A DNA stretch of 36,948 nucleotides from a virus: UHGV virus genome UHGV-0135461. One strand, 5' to 3'. Made by a program: the position numbers and the translations under genes. Shown one piece after another: positions 26,185 through 35,810 of the stretch. Below the pieces are notes generated by a model. It worked only from the letters and a program-made list of their open reading frames with translations, was not told where the DNA came from and ran no database searches. The first letter of the stretch is position 1; each line of letters opens with the position of its first letter.

Positions 26185-28041
26185 ATGGGTTATGATGGCT
26201 CATTAAAATTTGATACGGAAATAAATGAATCTGGATTTAATTCCGGAATTTCTAAACTTGGTGGAATAGCCAAGAAAGGTGCAGGAGTGGCAGTTGCTGC
26301 GGTTGGCGCTGTGACGGCTGCGCTTGGAGCTGGTGTTGTAGCCGGAGTAAAATACAATGCATCCATAGAGTCTTACCAGACATCGTTTGAGGTTATGACT
26401 GGATCCGCGGAAAAGGCTGCGGAAGTAATCGACAAATTGAAGAAAGTAGGAGCAGAAACGCCGTTTGAGCTTCCGGATTTAGCAGATACCACACAGTTAT
26501 TGATGAACTATGGCTTTAGCGCAGACGAAGCTATGGACAAAATGATGATGCTTGGTGATATTTCACAGGGCTCAGCGGAAAAGATGTCCAGAATTGCCAC
26601 TGCTTACGGACAGATGTCTTCTGCTGGAAAAGTGTCCCTGGAAGATGTCAAGCAGATGATCGAAGCCGGATTTAATCCACTGCAGGAGATTTCCGAGAGT
26701 ACAGGGGAATCAATGGCGTCCCTGTATGACAGGATCAGCAAAGGGACAATCTCTGTGGATGAGATTACCGCTTCCATGCAGAGAGCAACATCTGAGGGCG
26801 GTAAGTATTTCCAAAGCATGGAGAAGCAGAGTCAGACGTTTAGCGGACTCATCTCAACCCTGAAAGACAATGCACAACAGCTCTTAGGCGAAGTTGTTAA
26901 ACCTATATCTGATGGACTGACGGAATCGTTATTACCTGCGGCGATCAGCGCAATCGAGCAGCTTACGCAAGGATTTGAGGAAAATGGCGTTGCCGGTATG
27001 ATTCAGGCTGCCGGAAACATTGTAAATGGACTATTTACCGGAATGACGGAAAATGCTCCAATGCTTATTTCTACTGGAATGGAGCTGCTGAATCAGTTCT
27101 TACTCGGAATCGCAACAGGAGTTCCAGCACTGATTACCAAAGGGTTTGAAATCGTAACTCAGCTCGCTCTTGGTATTTTGCAAAATCTACCGCAGTTAAT
27201 CACGCAAGGAGCGGCGGTTATCACGAACTTTGTGAATGGACTTTTGTCGTCTCTTCCATCTGTATTGCAATCAGGCGTCCAGATGATTCTCCGCCTTGTG
27301 GATGGAATTATAAACAACCTTCCGTCTATTGTATCAGCCGCAGCGCAGGCAATAGCGCGATTTATTGCGAGCATTGCAAGTAACTTACCACAAATTATAG
27401 CTACCGGAAATAAGATTATCGCCGAGCTTGCTGTTGGATTGATTAAGGCAATACCAAACCTTGTGAGTAAAATACCACAGATTATATCTGCGATCAAAGA
27501 CGCTTTTTTAAGTGTCGATTGGCTTAGTGTTGGAGTTAACATCATAAAGGGAATTGCATCCGGTGTCGCTTCTGCAGCCGGACAGCTAGTAGATGCCGCT
27601 GTGAGCGCTGCTACAGATGCCTTGAATTGGGTTAAAAGCAAACTTGGGATCCATTCCCCATCCCGTGTATTTAGGGATCAGGTCGGAAAAAACATGGCTC
27701 TCGGTATAGGGGTTGGATTCGAGGATAATATCCCATACAAAGACATGGAAAAACAGGCAAACAAGATGGTGTCCCGGATACAGGGAGCTGCTCTTGGTGT
27801 TACAACGTCTGTAAGCCCGACAGCAAGTGGATATGTCGCTTCCAGATCAGCGGTCAGAACGACAGATAATAGCGATCTGATCTACGCGGTAGATCGATTA
27901 TCCAGACTCGCAAACCGACCGCTTGAAATTATCAATAAAATTGATTCCGTGGAGACATCCAGAGTACTTGCAACACCAATGGAAAAACAAATAGAAAAGA
28001 ATTCAAGTTTTCGGAAGATGTTAGGAGGGGATAGAAATTGA
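26185..28041 (+). CDS. tail tape measure protein
   Basis: The start was moved to MGYDGSL, which has an AGGAGGGA SD. 618 aa. An Ala/Gly-rich TM-like stretch is followed by a long helical repeat region typical of TMPs. Confidence 0.85.
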   Translation: MGYDGSLKFDTEINESGFNSGISKLGGIAKKGAGVAVAAVGAVTAALGAGVVAGVKYNASIESYQTSFEVMTGSAEKAAEVIDKLKKVGAETPFELPDLADTTQLLMNYGFSADEAMDKMMMLGDISQGSAEKMSRIATAYGQMSSAGKVSLEDVKQMIEAGFNPLQEISESTGESMASLYDRISKGTISVDEITASMQRATSEGGKYFQSMEKQSQTFSGLISTLKDNAQQLLGEVVKPISDGLTESLLPAAISAIEQLTQGFEENGVAGMIQAAGNIVNGLFTGMTENAPMLISTGMELLNQFLLGIATGVPALITKGFEIVTQLALGILQNLPQLITQGAAVITNFVNGLLSSLPSVLQSGVQMILRLVDGIINNLPSIVSAAAQAIARFIASIASNLPQIIATGNKIIAELAVGLIKAIPNLVSKIPQIISAIKDAFLSVDWLSVGVNIIKGIASGVASAAGQLVDAAVSAATDALNWVKSKLGIHSPSRVFRDQVGKNMALGIGVGFEDNIPYKDMEKQANKMVSRIQGAALGVTTSVSPTASGYVASRSAVRTTDNSDLIYAVDRLSRLANRPLEIINKIDSVETSRVLATPMEKQIEKNSSFRKMLGGDRN

Positions 28042-29510
28042 GCCTATCAGTAAAATTTGACGATCAGGAACTCGGGCGATACTTAAGTGTATTGTCCGGG
28101 TTCTCTCCGTTTAGTGGAGCAAATAGAGAGTCGGGACTCCTTGACGGAGCAGAAAGTGCAAAAGGAGAGGATTTTGGCTATACAACATATAAATCAAAGA
28201 CGCTTGAAATGCCATTTGAAATTAAAGGAGACATCTTAGCAAGCTATGACGCGATTCAGAAAATCCTAAACGTCACAGAGCCGAAAAGGCTTGTGTTTGG
28301 GAATTATCCGGATCGCTATTTTTATGCTGTCCCTGACGGTAATTTTGATATAACACAGGTTGCAATGTTTGGAAAAGGCACAATCACATGGCTAATCCCG
28401 GACGGAGTAGCATACTCTACCGCAGAAAAACAATTCACTGGCGTCCAACAGAGCGGCTACCAGACAATTACCATCCAAAACAACGGCACCGAATGGGCAG
28501 ATGTGGACTACGAGATCACACACAATCATGAAAACGGATTTATCGGACTTGTGAGCCGGTACGGAGTGATCCAGCTAGGGAAAGAGGAAGAAGCAGACGG
28601 AGAGAATTACAAAGCGTCTGAAAACCTGTTTGATGGATACAACCTGTTTCAAGACGATCATGGAACGTCCCATCAGAACCCGGAGAATACCACACAGGGA
28701 ACGCTTGAAGTAAGGAATGTTGCCGGATACAACGTGATGGCATTAAAAGGTGGACAAGCCACATCTGGATACTGGAACGGTGGAATGAGAACACTTACTA
28801 TCCCAGTGGACAGCGAGGGTAGGCGTGGGGCGAAGAACTTTTATTGCTACACCCAACACTGGTTTGAGACTGGCTTAATGGGACAGACAGGAGCGCAGAC
28901 CATTGCATTTCTGACAGGAGATAATAAAGTAATCTGCGCCATGTCTATTAATAAGAGTGATACGGTTGGTAATACGGCTCGTATCGAGTGGTTTTCCCCA
29001 GGGAACAAATTGATCCGGCGAGAAGAGTTCCAACCAACAGCCTACGAGGGAAATCCGTTTAACTTAAAAATGGGTGGCGGTCACAATGACTTTTTAAAAG
29101 AGGGAGAAAAGCTGCGGATTTTTTGGTATGGGACTTGCATGGAGCGAAATATACCGGAGATCAAGGACATGGAATGTGAGAAGATACAGGTCTGGATCGG
29201 ACAGTGGGGAGATCGGAATCTTTCGAACCAGTACGTTACGCACAATTATTTAAAAAGCATCCGATTTAGGAAAGATAATGTCGATAAGTATCGGGATGTG
29301 CCGAACCGATATCGTGCCGGGGATGTAGTGTCTATAGACGGAGAGAGCACAAAGGTCTATGTAAACGGGATGCCGGCAAAAGGAGATGAGATTAATGGAT
29401 CCAATTATCCAAAAGTTCCACCGGGGACAACGGAAGTGCAGTTCTGCTATTCTTCCTTTTCATCTCCGCCGCCGCAGATTAAAGCAAAAATAAGGGAGGT
29501 ATACTTGTAA
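28038..29510 (+). CDS. distal tail protein (Dit, Sipho_tail) with C-terminal extension
   Basis: TTG start with an AGGAGGGG SD. The N-terminus carries the LVFGNYPDRYFYAVPDG...GKGTITWLIPDGVAYS Dit signature. The ~250 aa extension is a likely carbohydrate-binding insert. Confidence 0.75.
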   Translation: MSLSVKFDDQELGRYLSVLSGFSPFSGANRESGLLDGAESAKGEDFGYTTYKSKTLEMPFEIKGDILASYDAIQKILNVTEPKRLVFGNYPDRYFYAVPDGNFDITQVAMFGKGTITWLIPDGVAYSTAEKQFTGVQQSGYQTITIQNNGTEWADVDYEITHNHENGFIGLVSRYGVIQLGKEEEADGENYKASENLFDGYNLFQDDHGTSHQNPENTTQGTLEVRNVAGYNVMALKGGQATSGYWNGGMRTLTIPVDSEGRRGAKNFYCYTQHWFETGLMGQTGAQTIAFLTGDNKVICAMSINKSDTVGNTARIEWFSPGNKLIRREEFQPTAYEGNPFNLKMGGGHNDFLKEGEKLRIFWYGTCMERNIPEIKDMECEKIQVWIGQWGDRNLSNQYVTHNYLKSIRFRKDNVDKYRDVPNRYRAGDVVSIDGESTKVYVNGMPAKGDEINGSNYPKVPPGTTEVQFCYSSFSSPPPQIKAKIREVYL

Positions 29511-32500
29511 TGGACAGCATTAGAATTGCGATTTTAAGTGCAAATAACACGCCTGTAGCGTTTATGGATAATGCGCACAAAAAGTCCATGCACTACTGGG
29601 GTGATGAGCTGCACGAATACTTACAGGGTACGGCAAATACTTACACTTTTACGGTAAATGCAAAGCATCCAGACGCGCAGCATATCACGGCTGAGAATAA
29701 GGTAGCGTTTACTTATAAAGGTAAATCTTACTACTTAAACATTGTAAATACAGACCAGACAGAACAGACAATCACAGCTACGGCGTGGTCGTTATCTTTT
29801 GAGCTAATCAACGAGGATGCAGGGGAATACAAGGCAGGACAGGCGATGAGTTTTGAAGAGTACCTTGCCATATTTGACGCGGAAAGAACACTGAAATTGG
29901 GGCTTAACGAGGTATCAGATAAGCGGATCACTAATGAGTGGACAGGCACAACGTCTGTATTAAAGAGATTATTCTCTCTGGCCAACGTATTTTCAGCAGA
30001 AATCGAATTCGAGACAGTACTGAACAGAGACTACTCTTTAAAAGAGATTGTCCTAAACGTCTACCGAGAACACTCCGACACCAACAGTGGAGTCGGAGAA
30101 TACCGGAATGACATTGTCCTGCGGTACGGAAAAGGAATTACCGGAATCCGTAAAACCACAGATGCCGAGAAGCTTTACACCTGTATCCAGCCGACCGGAA
30201 AGGATGGTTTGACAATCAATGGTCTTGACAAGAAAGAATACGATGAAAACGGCAATATTGAGTACTTTACAGACGGGGCACTCATCCGGGCACCGCAGGC
30301 AAGAGATCGGTTTCCATCCAACATCGTAAATAAGGCTGATGCTTATATCCTGATGCGAAAAGAGTACGATACAGACAGCAAGGACAAGCTCTATAGCATG
30401 GCTCTGTCTGATCTTAAAACAGCATCCGAACCGGTAGTGACCTACGAGGTGGATGGATATTTTGACACCAACATCGGGGACACCGTGAGGATGCAGGATC
30501 AGGAGTGGACACCAGTCCTTTACCTACAGGCGAGGGTATCAGAACAGGTACGCAGTCTGACAGATCCAAAGACTGCCAAGACGGTATTTACAAACTACAA
30601 AGAGCTTACATCCGAAATTTCGGACAGCTTATTACAGAGGATGCAAGACCTTATTAATAAAAATAAGGTTTATACTTGCTCTATCTCAACAAACAACGGC
30701 ATTATCTTTAAAAATGGCATCGGTAGCACTACTCTGACAGCTTACGCTTACGATAACGGCGTGGATGTGGCAGACAAGCTACAATTCCGATGGAGCAAAG
30801 ATGGACAGGAGTTTTATGTTGGTAAGAGCGTTACGGTAAATGCTACTGACGTGGATACAAAGGCGGTGTACTCGTTTGAGGCTATGGAAAATGGGATAAA
30901 ACGTGGGTATTACGAGGTTACGATCGTAGATGTAATGGATGGAGAGGATGGAAAAGACGGAGAACAGGGTCCGCAAGGTGAGAAAGGAGAGCAAGGCGAA
31001 CAGGGACCGCCGGGTCCACAAGGCGCTCCGGGATTGGATGGTATACAGGGTCCAAAAGGGGATCAGGGAATCCCGGGAAAAGATGGGAAGGACGGAAAAA
31101 CACAGTACACCCACATTGCTTATGCAAACAGTGCAGACGGGTCTAAAGATTTTTCTGTATCCGACAGCAATCGGGATTATGTCGGAATGTACGTTGATTT
31201 TACGCAAAATGACAGCACAGACCCGAAAAAATACGCGTGGAGTAAGATCAAAGGTGCGGACGGAGCAAACGGAACACCCGGAAAGCCGGGAGCTGATGGA
31301 AAGACCCCATATCTACATATCGCCTATGCAAACAGCGCAGATGGAAAGACGGGATTTTCCACCACGGATGGTACAAATAAGCTCTATATCGGGCAGTATA
31401 CAGATTATACACAGGCAGATAGTACAGATGCTGCGAAGTATACATGGACAAAGATCAAAGGCGAAAATGGAAAAGACGGAACAAACTCAAGAAGCTACAT
31501 CCTGGAAGCGTCCGATACCGCTATTAAAAAAGGTGCAGACGGAGCTTTAACACCATCTAAAATAACATTCCGGTCGTTTTATCGAGATGGAGACAGTGCG
31601 ACAAGGACACCATATAATGGTAGGTTTAAAATTGAAGAGTCAACCAACGGAACATCATACTCCGTGAAATACACCTCGTCTGCGAATGAAAGTGCAAAGG
31701 AGTATACACCGACTGCAACTGCGAAAATACTCCGTTGCACGCTTTACGGCGCAGGCGGGACTATAAATGCTTTGGATACACAGAGTGTTGTTGTGCTTAC
31801 GGATGTGGATAATTTGGAAATCGGTGGAAGAAATCTGTTACTTAAGAGTAAGAGAAAGGGGGTAAATGATTCATATAATAGACCCGCTGAGTACTTATGC
31901 GCCTCTTACGCTATCAGCGCAGCGCCATTGACTATAGGAGAGACATATACTGTGCAAATCAATGCTACCACTACAGCCGAAAGAAATTTTATTGGTCTAT
32001 GGATAGGTGGAGGAAGTTATTCACTATATATGTGGGGATCAAATGTAGTTACTGCAGGAACTAGAACTTATACTGGTACTTTTAAATTGAGCGATCACGC
32101 AGAAGGACAAAAAAATTTCGTCAATGTTTACTCTTCTACTACAGGTGGTATTCAAGGATCAACTCCTATTTCAGGAACGTGTACAGTAAATTGGATCAAA
32201 CTAGAAAAAGGTAACAAAGCTACCGACTGGTCTCCTGCTCCGGAAGATGTCGATGAGAAAATAGATGATATTCAAATTGGTGGTAGAAACATACTGAAAA
32301 ATAGTAAAAACGGGATTGTTTGTACTGGCACAGACCATTCATCAACAACTACTCCAGGTGCGACAATTACTACGAAAGCTACAGGTATAGGTAACGCTCA
32401 TGGATGGATTGAAGGTTTTTATACAACCACGGTAACGGAACTGTCGAAACGTGTAGGAACTGAATTTGCGTTCTCACTCGATGTTAAAATAACCGGTTCG

Positions 32501-34468
32501 TTTACCAATCTGCGTACGAAGGTTGATTTTAGGAATACCAGTCATAATAGTAGTATTTTTAGTAACTTTATTGGCATTAATGGTTTAGAAGTAGGAAAAT
32601 GGACAAGGGTTTCCGGTGTGGCTTCTGTTAAAGAGGTTGCAAACGTTACGGCAACTCGTTCGCTATTCTTATTTGATTGGAGTAATTCAACTGTCGGATC
32701 TACGATCGAATATCGAAATCTACAGCTAGAAGAAGGTAATAAATCAACAGCATGGACACCGGCTCCAGAGGACATAGAAACTTTAGTAGTAACATTGTCC
32801 AACGATTCCCAAACAGTAGCAACAGACACAAACGGAAACGGTGGAAACTTTGTAGATTGCTCTACAAAAGTGCAGGTTTACAACGGCACACAGGACGTTT
32901 CAAAAGTCGCTACTTACACCGTAACAAAATCTTCCGGAATTGCTGGTACATGGGATTTAAGTACACGTACTTACAAGGTATCCGCTCTATCTACGGATAA
33001 CGGATGGGTTGACATTAAAGTAACATACAACGGAAATTCTATCACAAGACGGTTTACGGTTTCGAAATCGAAACAGGGCGCACAGGGAGCAACGGGACCT
33101 CAAGGTGATAATGGACCACAAGGGCCGGCGGGGACATCGGGAAGAGGGATAAAAACCATTACAGAATATTATTTGATTTCTTCCGCAAAAACAGGAATTA
33201 CAACAGCGTCAAGCGGTTGGAGTACATCAGTTCCGACGATGACAGCAACAAATAAATACTTGTGGAACTATGAAAAATTTACGTTTACAGATAATACCAC
33301 AGCGACCACTACGCCAAAAATAATCGGGATATACGGAGACAAAGGAACAACAGGAGCTACTGGTCCGCAAGGACCTCAAGGAAATGCAGGTGCAACAGGT
33401 CCCCAGGGGCCACAAGGAGCGACTGGAAACGGAATAAAGTCTATCACGAATTATTATCTTGCAACGGCAAGCGGAAGTGGTGTGTCAGCGTCCACATCAG
33501 GATGGACTACAACTGTACAAGAAATAACAGTGTCAAAAAAATATCTGTGGAATTATGAAGTTGTTACCTATACAAATGGTAGCACGTATCAATCAGCACC
33601 ATGTATCATCGGAGCATATGGTGATAAGGGAGCGACCGGTGCTACAGGAGCAACAGGACCAAGTGGCATAATTGTATCTTCTACGGCTCCGTCAAATCCT
33701 AAAGTTGGCCAGTTATGGCAAACGGCATCCGGTCAGCCGATCAAGCGGTGGGATGGAAGTAGGTGGGTGATCCATTATATTTCTGTTGATAACTTAAACG
33801 CACAGACTTTAAGTGCGATAGCGGCAGATCTTGGAACTGTAACCGCTGGACTTATAAAGAGTCTGGACGGACACTTTTTTATCCAAGTAAATACCGGAGA
33901 GATCTACTCCGAGGATGAAAACGGGATAAACAGCTCTGCGATAAGCAAGGGCGTATTTGTAGCGAATGGGATGAACAGCGGCAGACACACAAGCTTGTCT
34001 ATATTCCCAACGCAGATTGCGCAGTATTTTGACGGAGCCACCATTTCCAACCTTGTTATTTTTAAACGGGACGGTATATTTGTTAAAAGCTCCGGATCAT
34101 ACGAAATAAACATATCTAAAGCAACAAATTATGACTCCGGAAAAATAAAAGGACCATTCGCCAGCACAAACTCATCCAACTATATACAGGCGGAGCTAAA
34201 AAGGAGAGGGTGCGTGGTTACATGTAAAATCACAGCGCTTATACAGTTCCCGAATACAGGATCGCACGGGCCGTTTGATGAATTAAGGATACCTATAGGA
34301 TATCGACCAGTCGTAGACATAGTAGAGACGTACAGCGAATTGGTTGGTCCGTCAGTTATCGGGACTGGCAGATATTATATCTCAAAAGACGGAGGAATAT
34401 CCATTGTAACTGGCAAGACAGACTACTGTGAGCGCATAAAGACATTTACATGGATTACGGAAGACTAA
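29510..34468 (+). CDS. tail-associated (Tal) / receptor-binding fibre protein, 1652 aa
   Basis: The N-terminus is Tal-like. Gly-X-Y collagen-like runs lie at 30941-31102, 33077-33148, 33335-33433 and 33620-33667. There are two HIAYANSADG phage-fibre repeats, two IGGRN...KLEKGNKATDWSPAPED modules and two G.KSIT.YYL...KYLWNYE repeats. Confidence 0.85.
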   Translation: MDSIRIAILSANNTPVAFMDNAHKKSMHYWGDELHEYLQGTANTYTFTVNAKHPDAQHITAENKVAFTYKGKSYYLNIVNTDQTEQTITATAWSLSFELINEDAGEYKAGQAMSFEEYLAIFDAERTLKLGLNEVSDKRITNEWTGTTSVLKRLFSLANVFSAEIEFETVLNRDYSLKEIVLNVYREHSDTNSGVGEYRNDIVLRYGKGITGIRKTTDAEKLYTCIQPTGKDGLTINGLDKKEYDENGNIEYFTDGALIRAPQARDRFPSNIVNKADAYILMRKEYDTDSKDKLYSMALSDLKTASEPVVTYEVDGYFDTNIGDTVRMQDQEWTPVLYLQARVSEQVRSLTDPKTAKTVFTNYKELTSEISDSLLQRMQDLINKNKVYTCSISTNNGIIFKNGIGSTTLTAYAYDNGVDVADKLQFRWSKDGQEFYVGKSVTVNATDVDTKAVYSFEAMENGIKRGYYEVTIVDVMDGEDGKDGEQGPQGEKGEQGEQGPPGPQGAPGLDGIQGPKGDQGIPGKDGKDGKTQYTHIAYANSADGSKDFSVSDSNRDYVGMYVDFTQNDSTDPKKYAWSKIKGADGANGTPGKPGADGKTPYLHIAYANSADGKTGFSTTDGTNKLYIGQYTDYTQADSTDAAKYTWTKIKGENGKDGTNSRSYILEASDTAIKKGADGALTPSKITFRSFYRDGDSATRTPYNGRFKIEESTNGTSYSVKYTSSANESAKEYTPTATAKILRCTLYGAGGTINALDTQSVVVLTDVDNLEIGGRNLLLKSKRKGVNDSYNRPAEYLCASYAISAAPLTIGETYTVQINATTTAERNFIGLWIGGGSYSLYMWGSNVVTAGTRTYTGTFKLSDHAEGQKNFVNVYSSTTGGIQGSTPISGTCTVNWIKLEKGNKATDWSPAPEDVDEKIDDIQIGGRNILKNSKNGIVCTGTDHSSTTTPGATITTKATGIGNAHGWIEGFYTTTVTELSKRVGTEFAFSLDVKITGSFTNLRTKVDFRNTSHNSSIFSNFIGINGLEVGKWTRVSGVASVKEVANVTATRSLFLFDWSNSTVGSTIEYRNLQLEEGNKSTAWTPAPEDIETLVVTLSNDSQTVATDTNGNGGNFVDCSTKVQVYNGTQDVSKVATYTVTKSSGIAGTWDLSTRTYKVSALSTDNGWVDIKVTYNGNSITRRFTVSKSKQGAQGATGPQGDNGPQGPAGTSGRGIKTITEYYLISSAKTGITTASSGWSTSVPTMTATNKYLWNYEKFTFTDNTTATTTPKIIGIYGDKGTTGATGPQGPQGNAGATGPQGPQGATGNGIKSITNYYLATASGSGVSASTSGWTTTVQEITVSKKYLWNYEVVTYTNGSTYQSAPCIIGAYGDKGATGATGATGPSGIIVSSTAPSNPKVGQLWQTASGQPIKRWDGSRWVIHYISVDNLNAQTLSAIAADLGTVTAGLIKSLDGHFFIQVNTGEIYSEDENGINSSAISKGVFVANGMNSGRHTSLSIFPTQIAQYFDGATISNLVIFKRDGIFVKSSGSYEINISKATNYDSGKIKGPFASTNSSNYIQAELKRRGCVVTCKITALIQFPNTGSHGPFDELRIPIGYRPVVDIVETYSELVGPSVIGTGRYYISKDGGISIVTGKTDYCERIKTFTWITED

Positions 34469-34542
34469 AGGAGCGGATATGGAGATTAGGGCAAGACCGT
34501 AATGGTCTTATTTTTATACTTAAAAAAAACCGGAGGAAAGAC

Positions 34543-34848
34543 ATGACAGAAATATTGACAGAAACCTATAAACTTGCGTTGCCGATAGTACTCACAGCAT
34601 TTATGGGATACATTGTGTGGCTACTCAAAAATCAGAAGAAGGACAGGGACGCAAATAGTGCAGGGACAATGCTACTTTTGCGCGTCCAACTTATCGAGTA
34701 CCACGAAAAATGGACAAAAAGAGGGTATGTTACGAAGCATGGAATTGAGAATTTTATCGAAATGTATGATGCATACCATAAACTCGGCGGGAATGGAATG
34801 GCAACGCAACTATTAGCAGAAGTAAAAGAACTGCCAATAAAAGGATAA
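34543..34848 (+). CDS. lysis-cassette membrane protein (single N-terminal TM), function unknown
   Basis: GGAGGA SD. TM LALPIVLTAFMGYIVWLL. It lies directly upstream of the holin. Confidence 0.5.
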   Translation: MTEILTETYKLALPIVLTAFMGYIVWLLKNQKKDRDANSAGTMLLLRVQLIEYHEKWTKRGYVTKHGIENFIEMYDAYHKLGGNGMATQLLAEVKELPIKG

Positions 34849-34861
34849 AGGAGAATGCAGC

Positions 34862-35110
34862 ATGAAAAAAATTAACTGGATTGTAAGAATTAAAAACAAG
34901 GCATTCTGGGTTGCACTGATCCCGGCACTGTTGCTGTTGGTACAGGCTATCGCGGCAGTGTTTGGGCTTACCATCGACCTTGGAGACCTTGGGGATAAGC
35001 TGTTAACCGTAATCAATGCGCTCTTTGCAGTGCTGGCGATCCTCGGTGTAGTGGTAGACCCAACAACACCGGGCACAGGAGATTCAGAACGAGCGCTTAC
35101 ATATAAGTAA
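34862..35110 (+). CDS. holin, phiLC3 family (Phage_holin_1)
   Basis: MKKINWIVRIKNKAFWVALIPALLLLVQAIAAVFG...VVVDPTTPGTGDSERALTYK matches the family signature. Confidence 0.85.
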   Translation: MKKINWIVRIKNKAFWVALIPALLLLVQAIAAVFGLTIDLGDLGDKLLTVINALFAVLAILGVVVDPTTPGTGDSERALTYK

Positions 35111-35116
35111 ATAGCT

Positions 35117-35146
35117 AGAGGGCTTGTAAACAGGCTCTCTTTTATT
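35117..35146 (+). terminator. possible weak terminator/attenuator after the holin gene
   Basis: AGAGGGCTTG-taaa-CAGGCTCTCT followed by TTTATT. The stem is imperfect. Confidence 0.3.
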
Positions 35147-35179
35147 GTGTGACATCGTACAGGAAGGAGAAGAACGATT

Positions 35180-35689
35180 ATGAAATTTGAACAGGCATTA
35201 AAAGCAATGAAGAACGGAGAAAAAGTAAAACTGCCATCTTGGGGTGGCTATTGGTATTGGGATTCGGACAAGGAAACGGTAATGATTCAATGTAGACCAC
35301 AGGACAGTGATAATGGAGAATTACTTGATATCAGAGAAACACAGAGGGTTGAGTACACTCTTCTCAATGTGGCATCTGACGAATGGGAGATTGCAGACGA
35401 AAAGAATTGCCCGGTACTTGGTGGAATTGCAACATTTTCATTTGGTGAAGCAATCAAATATATGAAACGTGGAATGAAAGTGAAACGTAAAGGCTGGAAC
35501 GGAAAGAGTCAGTACATTCAGCTTGCTACCGGAATCTCATATAAGGCTGCATCTGGGGAGGTTGTGAATTGTGAACATGAAGCCATTGGTAATATGGCAG
35601 TAGCTTTTGTCGGTACATCTGGTGTACAAATGGGATGGCTCGCATCACAAGCTGATATGCTGGCAGATGATTGGGTATTTGTAGATTAA
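35180..35689 (+). CDS. tandem DUF2829-domain protein
   Basis: Two copies of the FEQALKAMKNGEKVKLPSW / FGEAIKYMKRGMKVKRKGWNGKSQYI...WLASQADMLADDWVFVD module. Confidence 0.6.
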   Translation: MKFEQALKAMKNGEKVKLPSWGGYWYWDSDKETVMIQCRPQDSDNGELLDIRETQRVEYTLLNVASDEWEIADEKNCPVLGGIATFSFGEAIKYMKRGMKVKRKGWNGKSQYIQLATGISYKAASGEVVNCEHEAIGNMAVAFVGTSGVQMGWLASQADMLADDWVFVD

Positions 35690-35720
35690 TTGTGCGACAT
35701 CGCACGGAGGAGGTGAGAAC

Positions 35721-35810
35721 ATGAGCGAACAGAACGAATTTGGCAGAACAACAGCAGAGGAACTGGAAAAAGTATTTGAAGCAGAAGAGCAGGAGGAAGA
35801 GAAAGAATGA
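35721..35810 (+). CDS. tiny acidic peptide (29 aa), coupled to the amidase start
   Basis: GGAGGAGGTG SD. MSEQNEFGRTTAEELEKVFEAEEQEEEKE. The stop overlaps the amidase ATG. Confidence 0.3.
   Translation: MSEQNEFGRTTAEELEKVFEAEEQEEEKE

Noticed and set aside
30939-31550. 203-aa plus-strand ORF (Arg/Lys-rich) and nearby minus-strand ORFs 30779-31207 and 30918-31127
   Set aside because: These are alternative frames through the GC-rich collagen-like Gly-X-Y repeats of the Tal gene. Repeat periodicity keeps off-frames open, so they are spurious.
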